From the NCBI GenBank assembly GCA_950097015.1, contig CATNEN010000038.1:19530001-19594000 (forward strand): a DNA stretch of 64,000 bases, read 5' to 3'. Below, one piece after another: positions 56,601-64,000 of the stretch. Made by a program: the position numbers and the translations under genes. Every line of letters begins with the position of its first letter. Position 1 is the stretch's first letter. Origin of the DNA: Macrostomum hystrix. Its lineage: Eukaryota > Animalia > Platyhelminthes. The notes beneath the pieces are model-generated. The model was not told where the DNA came from and searched no databases. It saw only the letters and a list, made by a program, of their open reading frames with translations.

Positions 56601-59600
56601 TCATGAGAGTTATGAGTCATGAGAGTTATGAGTCATGAGAGTTATGAGTCATGAGAATTATGAGTCATGAGAGTTATGAGTCATGAGAATTATGAGTCAT
56701 GAGAGTTATGAGTCATGAGAGTTATGAGTCATGAGAGTTATGAGTCATGAGAGTTATGAGTCATGAGAATTATGAGTCATGAGAGTTATGAGTCATGAGA
56801 ATTATGAGTCATGAGAGTTATGAGTCATGAGAGTTATGAGTCATGAGAGTTATGAGTCATGAGAGTTATGAGTCATGAGAATTATGAGTCATGAGAGTTA
56901 TGAGTCATGAGAGTTATGAGTCATGAGAATTATGAGTCATGAGAGTTATGAGTCATGAGAGTTATGAGTCATGAGAGTTATGAGTCATGAGAGTTATGAG
57001 TCATGAGAGTTATGAGTCATGAGAGTTATGAGTCATGAGAATTATGAGTCATGAGAGTTATGAGTCATGAGAGTTATGAGTCATGAGAGTTATGAGTCAT
57101 GAGAGTTATGAGTCATGAGAATTATGAGTCATGAGAGTTATGAGTCATGAGAGTTATGAGTCATGAGAATTATGAGTCATGAGAGTTATGAGTCATGAGA
57201 ATTATGAGTCATGAGAGTTATGAGTCATGAGAATTATGAGTCATGAGAATTATGAGTCATGAGAATTATGAGTCATGAGAATTATGAGTCATGAGAATTA
57301 TGAGTCATGAGAGTTATGAGTCATGAGAATTATGAGTCATGAGAATTATGAAGGTGGTTGCAGGTTGCAGCGTAGTGATTAATAGATCCGTCAGACTCAC
57401 CACTGGAAGGTCGGAGGTTCGATTCCGGACTCCACTGGAACAATGAAGTCGTTTCATTTAGCAGGGAGCATAACCCTACATTGTTTTCGATTGACCCAGC
57501 TGTTAACTTGTCAATTGAGGGTGGGTGTGGCGTTCCCCCAGTCCATGGACCGAACAGCCGTACACAGCCTTCAGATACGCCACGTAATAGCTGCGGCTGT
57601 GCCGTCGGATGTACATCTGGCCCAATTTTAGCAGGGTGTAATCAACTGTTATTATGCTACTTATTATTGTCTTGACTATATTTATAGTTAAGAACTATAA
57701 AACAATAAATTGTCAGACTTGTGATTGTGTCAGGTATTCCTCTATCTCGATTGGTTTTTGTTGCTTTTTTTGCTGTCTTATTCGACTAGCGTAAGGAATT
57801 ATCAGCATAGATTTAGATATTGACTGAGATTCAGTCTCCCCCGGTCGGTTGGCATGAATGCACTCGACTCTTAATTTGTACTGGCACACTTCAGACTAAT
57901 ATAGTATCGACTGGGCTACTAATGCATACAAAATTAAACTGGTAGCTAGCGGGTTTGTATATGCAGATATTGCCAAGAAAAGCAATCTCATTTCTGTTTG
58001 GTCTAGTCTAACTTATTTCCTTGGCTACGAGTATTTTATTTTGTCATTTTTGTACGTAGGCATATTGTTGACTATAGAAAGTTTGTTACTTCAAAGTTGT
58101 TGCACTACAGCAAGGGAGGGAATGACGTGAAAAGTGCACTCAGAGTGGCGTCCCACTACGTGCGTTCTACTTTCTACTATCGATCTTACTTGGCCAAAAA
58201 CTTTCGTGCTCCGTATGTCTGTTGGTCTGGAGTAAGTTGGAATCTATAATTAAAAAATGATGAGCGAGTTGAAGCGACTGCTGGCTTGGCTCCGCCTAGT
58301 AATTCAATCCCTAAGATCATCTTCGATGCACTTCTAACCGAAGATTAATCGATTATTGTGGCTGTTGCATGGCTAGAAAAAAATGGAAACTGAAAATCGT
58401 TAAACGCGGTCACGAATATAGCTGCTAATCTATTTCAATAACTGTAGTGAATGAATACTACGAATTTGTGTTCTACGAAGATTTTAAGGGTTGAAGCCTA
58501 GTGGACTCACGACTTGGAGGTCGGGGATTCGATTTCCGATTCACTGGAACAATTTGTCTTTTTGGCAAGGCAATCAACTCTGCATTGATTTTCGTTCACC
58601 CAGCTGTTAAATGGGTAACAGTATTAGCTGGTACCCCAGTCCATGGACTGAGCAGCCGTACGCAGCCTTCAGATATGCTGCGCAATAGCTGCGGCTGGTC
58701 ATTGTCGGCTGTAAATCTGGCCCTTGTGTGGCAGGTGTAATTAATTAAATTAATAAGCATTATTCAACTAATTTGGTAAAAATTTGTCATGAATGATGTA
58801 ATCATTGCTATCAATGGCTGAAGTGGAGTATGTAAAGACAGTCATGAATGATGTAATCATTGCTATCAATGGCTGAAGTGGAGTCTGTAAAAATTAGTCA
58901 TGAATGATGTAATCATTGCTATCAATGGCTGAAGTGGAGTCTGTAAAGACAGTCATGAATGATGTAATCATTGCTATCAATGGCTGAAGTGGAGTCTGTA
59001 AAAATCAGTCATGAATGATGTAATGATTGCTATCAATGGCTGAAGTGGAGTCTGTAAAAATCAGTCATGAATGATGTAGTCATTGCTATCAATGGCTGAA
59101 GTGGAGTCTGTAAAAATCAGTCATGAATGATGTAATCATTGCTATCAATGGCTGAAGTGGAGTCTGTAAAAATCAGTCATGAATGATGTAATGATTGCTA
59201 TCAATGGCTGAAGTGGAGTCTGTAAAAATCAGTCATGAATGATGTAGTCATTGCTATCAATGGCTGAAGTGGAGTCTGTAAAAATCAGTCATGAATGATG
59301 TAGTCATTGCTATCAATGGCTGAAGTGGAGTCTGTAAAAATCAGTCATGAATGATGTAATCATTGCTATCAATGGCTGAAGTGGAGTCTGTAAAAATCAG
59401 TCATGAATGATGTAATGATTGCTATCAATGGCTGAAGTGGAGTCTGTAAAAATCAGTCATGAATGATGTAGTCATTGCTATCAATGGCTGAAGTGGAGTC
59501 TGTAAAAATCAGTCATGAATGATGTAATCATTGCTATCAATGGCTGAAGTGGAGTCTGTAAAAATCAGTCATGAATGATGTAATCATTGCTATCAATGGC

Positions 59601-62600
59601 TGAAGTGGAGTCTGTAAAAATCAGTCATGAATGATGTAGTCATTGCTATCAATGGCTGAAGTGGAGTCTGTAAAAATCAGTCATGAATGATGTAGTCATT
59701 GCTATCAATGGCTGAAGTGGAGTCTGTAAAAATCAGTCATGAATGATGTAATCATTGCTATCAATGGCTGAAGTGGAGTCTGTAAAAATCAGTCATGAAT
59801 GATGTAATGATTGCTATCAATGGCTGAAGTGGAGTCTGTAAAAATCAGTCATGAATGATGTAGTCATTGCTATCAATGGCTGAAGTGGAGTCTGTAAAAA
59901 TCAGTCATGAATGATGTAATCATTGCTATCAATGGCTGAAGTGGAGTCTGTAAAAATCAGTCATGAATGATGTAATCATTGCTATCAATGGCTGAAGTGG
60001 AGTCTGTAAAAATCAGTCATGAATGATGTAGTCATTGCTATCAATGGCTGAAGTTGAGTCTGTAAAAATATATAAATTAACTCCTGAAGGCTTTGAAAGC
60101 ATAAAAATTGAATGAATTGTTCTATTATTTAGAAGCAACAGGGAATAATTAAAAAAAATAAGCATTTCTTTGACCTTATTAGCAGTAGTGCAGCAGGCCA
60201 ACAATAATTACGAAGACTTGTAACTAGTGCAACAACAAGTAGCGGCTAGATAAGATAAACAGTGTCGGAGGCCGCTTTGAGAGGGACTTAAGTGTGCTTC
60301 CGGGTTTGTTTGCATTAGTGATTTATGAGCACACCTGCACTTCACCAGCCAGCTCTAGTTGATTATGAGTTTAAACTCAGATAGGCTTTGATTTATTAAC
60401 TGTTGAGAGGCTGCAACTAATTGTAAATGACCCTTTATGGGAGCATCTATGCCGCTATCGGATATGACTTCGCGGTCGGACTCAAGTTTCTAAGTTATTT
60501 ATAACTCGCTACGGCAAGTCCTGTTAAAGAACCATATTAAAACTACGTTTTAATTAAGCAATATTTAAGCGCTACGATTTTCCGCCCTTATATTGGGGGG
60601 GGGTTTCTGCTACCAAGCGAACCCAGTATTTTTCCAGTTAGTTATCAGCACAATAACTGAACATAACTGTCAATAGTGTGCAACAAATCAGTGCGTTGAA
60701 ATATGGTTTAAAATTAGGAATCTAAAAAATAATTCTATTGATCCAATATTCTATTTTTCCAAGCTTGGAAAAAAATGATATCTCTGCTTTAGATGAATAT
60801 GTATTTATAAGGAATGATATCTGAAATACAATTCTGCCTTTAAATGTTAGAACGTTTTGTTGTATCTGACTTTCAATTATTCCCTACTTTGTGACGGTCC
60901 ATTCCATTAGCTGCATTTTCATATTCATTCCATAGCTAGTGCACTAGCCAGGTATAAGCGGATTAACGGAATTTCATAAGCTGCTTTCATCTACGTTTAG
61001 ATTTCTTCAATTACGTAAATTGCGCATATTCTATGTGAAAATTAATGCTTCGTAATCCTTAACTTTTGGGATATTATTTGAACTCGATTTCCCTTATATT
61101 GCTGATGTTTGCTTTTAGTGCGCAATTCTAGATTTTCTTGTTCAGGTCGAAACATCATGCGAGAATAAAGTTTTGTAATACGGTTTGATTAAACTTTGCT
61201 TCGAAACTGCTTCAAAATTTTCCGTTGATTTTAGTTTAAAACTAAATTGTAGCACGATTTTAAATGTAAGCAGCCTAAATGTAAATGTCAAAACTGTGTA
61301 TTAAAATATTTTACTTCTCGATTTTCGTAGGTTATGCCTACACATAGTCATGAAAGCAATGGTCGTAGCTGCTGAATAGTCGGCTTTTTCTTGCCTAAAT
61401 TAAGCTGATTCAGAAATATTCGTATTAGGTACGTTTCTATTCTTAAAAACTGTATTAAAATCCTAAAAGTTTGGATACTATATTGGCTGAAATTCATCGA
61501 CCTTACCCACCTACTAATTTCTTAATCATGGTACTGATAAAAGCCATTGTTTTACCTTGCCATTTGACAAATTTTTAAGTTCTGAAACATCCCTAAAACC
61601 CTTATCCCATAAATCCAGTACGGACGAGTCAGCCACCGAGTCTATTCTAAAGAGCCTGGAGACGATGGTGTCTCTGTGCGGTCGGCTGGGCCTGACAACG
61701 CCACGCGACGCTTTCATTACGGCCATGTGCAAGGCATCACTGCCGGCCGCCTATGCTCTGGCTGTGCTCAGCAGCGCCACTATTAGCCAGCATCATAAGG
61801 GTGAGACACTCTACTTGGGGCTGTCCTATTCCGTATTTCTTGTCTATCTTTTATTTATCTAATTTCTTTCCTAATATGCCTCCATCCCACTGCCTAATCT
61901 GGCTTAATCCCACTGCCTAATCTGGCTTAATCCCACTGCCTAATCTGGCTCAATCCCACTGCCTAATATGGCTCTCTCCTACTGCCTAATCTGCCTCTAT
62001 CCCACTGCCTAATCTGCCTCTATCCCATTGCCTAATCTGCCTCTATCCCATTGCCTAATCTGCCCCTATCCCATTGCCTAATCTGCCTCTATCCCATTGC
62101 CTAATCTGCCTCTATCCCATTGCCTAATCTGCCCCTATCCCACTGCCTAATCTGCCTCTATCCCACTGCCTAATCTGCCTCTATCCCATTGCCTAATCTG
62201 CCTCTATCCCACTGCCTAATCTGCCTCTATCCCACTGCCTAATCTGCCTCTATCCCACTGCCTTATCTGCCACTATCCCATTGCCTAATCTGCCTCTATC
62301 CCACTGCCTAATCTGCCTCTATCCCATTGCCTAATCTGCCTCTATCCCACTGCCTAATCTGCCTCTATCCTACTGCCTAATATGGCTCTCTCCTACTGCC
62401 TAATCTGCCTCTATCCCACTGCCTAATCTGCCTCTATCCCATTGCCTAATCTGCCTCTATCCCATTGCCTAATCTGCCCCTATCCCATTGCCTAATCTGC
62501 CTCTATCCCATTGCCTAATCTGCCTCTATCCCATTGCCTAATCTGCCCCTATCCCACTGCCTAATCTGCCTCTATCCCACTGCCTAATCTGCCTCTATCC

Positions 62601-64000
62601 CATTGCCTAATCTGCCTCTATCCCACTGCCTAATCTGCCTCTATCCCACTGCCTTATCTGCCACTATCCCATTGCCTAATCTGCCTCTATCCCACTGCCT
62701 AATCTGCCTCTATCCCATTGCCTAATCTGCCTCTATCCCACTGCCTAATCTGCCTCTATCCCACTGCCTAATCTGCCTCTATCCCACTGCCTTATCTGCC
62801 ACTATCCCATTGCCTAATCTGCCTCTATCCCATTGCCTAATCTGCCTCTATCCCATTGCCTAATCTGCCCCTATCCCACTGCCTAATCTGCCTCTATCCC
62901 ACTGCCTAATCTGCCTCTATCCCATTGCCTAATCTGCCTCTATCCCATTGCCTAATCTGCCTCTATCCCACTGCCTAATCTGCCTCTATCCCATTGCCTA
63001 ATCTGCCTCTATCCCATTGCCTAATCTGCCCCTATCCCACTGCCTAATCTGCCTCTATCCCACTGCATACATTATGCATTATTTTCTGATGACGTTATCT
63101 AGAAGTTCATATTTCTAGGAATCAATGCCAGTCAATGCACTGCCCTATTTATTTTATCTCATCGCTGCGAGTTGGCATTGATTATATTTTCGACTGTAGA
63201 TTCTAGCTTGAATCAAAAGTTAAAATATTGAACAGCTCACCTGCCTGTCTCATTTTCTACTTTTACAGTCTATAATATTTTTTTCGCTAATGAAACGTTA
63301 GTCAATAGCTGTAAACTTAAAACAATACTAAATAATCAGAATTACGAATCGGATATTTGTCCTCCTCATCCTTCCAGATCCCTAGCTTTGGTCTATAGTC
63401 TTCTCACATTCCCAGTTTTTTGTCTATAATCCTCCCCATCCCTAGTTTTACTCATCTAAAATCTTCTCAAATCCCTTTTTTCGGTATGTATTCTTCCCAG
63501 ATTCCCAGTTTCTGTCTGTAATCCTCCCAGATCCCCAGTTTCTGTCTGTAATCCTCCCAGATCCCCAGTTTCTGTCTGTAATCCTCCCAGATCCCCAGTT
63601 TCTGTCTGTAATCCTCCCAGATCCCCAGTTTCTGTCTGTAATCTTTGTTATTAAGTAAGTTACCATTCGTTTTATCTTCAGTTCGCGACGGTTCCACTTC
63701 AAATCCGAATTTGATTTCAAACAACTCGAGCGTTTCCACCATCGCTGCGTCCGGCACGTCAGCACCAGCGTCGGCTGCAGCTCTGGGAGCTTCGTCTGGA
63801 TCGTCAGCTTCCCCAGCCGCGGCGGTAGCCGATCTGTCAGTCTCGAGTTCTTCGTCTACTTCGGCTCGCGAATTCAACCAAGTCGTGGTGGTGGGGCCAG
63901 CCTTGCCAACCCCAGGCCTAGCCGAATTGGGCAAAGTGCACCTGACGGCCAAGAACATGCAGTGCATGCGGGCTATACTCAGCGTGGCTCATTGTCAGGG
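41612..64000 (+). CDS. MON2: MON2 (Arf-GEF-like endosome/Golgi trafficking scaffold), exons 1-7; continues beyond the right edge
   Basis: Exons 41612-41863, 42651-43136, 43341-43890, 44644-44764, 49840-50145, 61619-61800 and 63682->64000 join in consistent phase. MON2-like motifs include [96 protein letters not shown] and [18 protein letters not shown]. Confidence 0.95.
41868..42450. repeat. 14-bp minisatellite (TTATCTACTGTCTA) at the start of MON2 intron 1
   Basis: About 40 units beginning a few bp after the donor. It is the source of the [12 protein letters not shown]. Confidence 0.95.
43918..44503. repeat. 24/26-bp minisatellite (TGACAGGCTGAGTGACTTGCTGAG) in MON2 intron 3
   Basis: Tandem units, degenerating to the right. 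Confidence 0.93.
44939..46010. mobile_element. hAT (Charlie-like) MITE of the same family as 32528, with about 50 units of the 16-bp repeat
   Basis: Ends CAGGGATCGGCAAA / CTTGCCGACCCCTG and an 8-bp TSD CTCTATTG/CTCTATAG (7 of 8 match). Subterminal GGCCCGCGGGCC. Internal (GATGAGACACGGGAGA)n at about 45030-45850. Confidence 0.85.
46026..47707 (-). CDS. Nested antisense gene: secreted acidic precursor with multiple basic cleavage sites (prohormone/granin-like), 2 exons, about 371 aa
   Basis: Exons 47255-47707 and 46026-46688 (GAG|GTCAGC donor, TTGCAG| acceptor, phase 0). Signal peptide [15 protein letters not shown]. Basic sites RRSRR, RRKR, RKKR and KKRK, plus polyQ and D/N-rich tracts. It lies wholly within MON2 intron 4. 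Confidence 0.75.
47036..47180 (+). mobile_element. SINE family A fragment in the intron of the nested gene
   Basis: GCACTGCCGGACGATGAAAAATTAAGGGGCAGATTTACACACCTGTGTGAG...ATGGGCAGAATTTCCTCCTTGCTGGCTGCGGGTCTA. Confidence 0.78.
47935..48505. repeat. 32-bp minisatellite organised as alternating A/B monomers (64-bp higher-order unit)
   Basis: GGATGAGGAAACAGCTGAAACACTGGCTTAAC alternates with GGATGAGGAAACAGCTGAAGCAGTGACTAACC. Confidence 0.93.
49545..49727 (-). mobile_element. SINE family A copy, internally deleted
   Basis: Reverse complement of the head (GGGGGTGAGTGGCAGAGCGGTCTAGCG) and of the hairpin body. Confidence 0.78.
50161..52943. repeat. 20-bp satellite (ATCTACCTGTCTCCTTGATT), about 139 units, at the start of MON2 intron 5
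   Basis: Exact 20-bp register with one slip near 51990. Starts 15 bp after the donor. Confidence 0.98.
53851..55107 (-). mobile_element. Tc1/IS630-type element A (about 155-bp imperfect TIRs) carrying the N-terminal part of a transposase
   Basis: TIRs 53851-~54002 and ~54957-55107 (TAGTATTTGTCATGCTATCTCAGCCTAGAGACATCC...), with flanking TA at 53849-50 and 55108-09. Confidence 0.9.
54148..54894 (-). pseudogene. IS630/Tc1-like DDE transposase, truncated right after the second catalytic Asp
   Basis: HTH region, [20 protein letters not shown] (D1), [12 protein letters not shown] and VVIVCD (D2), then CQLG-stop. The N..H motif and the catalytic Glu region are missing. Confidence 0.88.
55115..55893 (-). 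mobile_element. Tc1/IS630-type element B (different ~157-bp TIRs) carrying only the C-terminal part of a transposase
   Basis: TIRs 55115-~55272 and ~55736-55893 (ACCTTTTTGCG..ATTTGGGCTTTCTTGCGAGCCATTT...GCGAGCAATTTCGGCCA). The exact terminal base and TA are ambiguous by 1-2 bp. Confidence 0.85.
55408..55686 (-). pseudogene. C-terminal DDE transposase fragment
   Basis: Reading upstream of the tracked ORF gives [30 protein letters not shown]...[37 protein letters not shown] corresponds to the YSPFLNPIE catalytic Glu motif. There is no start codon. Confidence 0.8.
56310..57351. repeat. 16-bp satellite (TGAGTCATGAGARTTA), about 65 units
   Basis: Two variants differing at one base. Every unit junction contains ATGAGTCAT. 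Confidence 0.98.
57355..57670 (+). mobile_element. SINE family B copy
   Basis: GGAGGTTCGATTCC B-box and a body matching 19312. Confidence 0.8.
58488..58752 (+). mobile_element. SINE family B copy
   Basis: Diverged head, CORE-like TTGGCAAGGCAATCAACTCTG...CAGCTGTTAAATGGG, and the shared 3' part. Confidence 0.78.
58787..60068. repeat. 56-bp satellite, about 23 units
   Basis: GTCATGAATGATGTAATCATTGCTATCAATGGCTGAAGTGGAGTCTGTAAAAATCA arranged head to tail with no spacers. Confidence 0.97.
61884..63066. repeat. 23-bp satellite (CCCAYTGCCTAATCTGCCTCTAT) in MON2 intron 6
   Basis: About 51 units. A variant block near 61965 recurs near 62378. Confidence 0.96.
63495..63642. repeat. 30-bp minisatellite just before MON2 exon 7
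   Basis: Five units of CCCAGATCCCCAGTTTCTGTCTGTAATCCT. Confidence 0.92.

Noticed and set aside
57355-57435. tRNA genes at the GGTTCGATTCC sites (also 19320 and the family A heads)
   Set aside because: There is no intact cloverleaf, and each continues into a shared SINE body.
58787-60068. CRISPR-like array (also considered for 47935-48505 and 39838-40400)
   Set aside because: The units are head to tail with no unique spacers, there are no cas genes, and the context is eukaryotic.
63467-63967. 166-aa minus-strand ORF
   Set aside because: It is the antisense shadow of MON2 exon 7 plus a 30-bp repeat.

Overview
This is eukaryotic, animal-like genomic DNA: spliceosomal GT-AG introns, SINEs, DNA transposons and very dense minisatellites. 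The texture suggests an invertebrate such as a free-living flatworm, but that is inference only. I could splice the following genes by hand with consistent exon phases: the 5' half of an ABCC/MRP1-like transporter (minus strand, runs off the left edge); a complete SVOP-like MFS transporter (minus); a two-C2-domain copine-like gene with no visible vWA domain; four tandem secreted C-type-lectin + PAN/apple-like genes; a small four-TM orphan; and the 5' part of MON2 (plus, runs off the right edge). MON2 intron 4 hosts an antisense nested gene for a secreted, acidic, furin-site-rich prohormone/granin-like precursor. Mobile DNA includes an intact DD34D mariner, an internally deleted maT-like element with D38D spacing, hAT-type MITEs (two of them carrying an expandable 16-bp array), two tRNA-derived SINE families and an RTE-like relic. 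The most unusual object is in MON2 intron 5: two abutting Tc1/IS630-type elements with different but architecturally parallel ~155-bp TIRs. One keeps only the N-terminal part of a transposase (to the second catalytic Asp) and the other only the C-terminal part (from the catalytic Glu motif). Most long ORFs in the supplied track are translations of tandem repeats and are not genes. There is no CRISPR array, rRNA or true tRNA.
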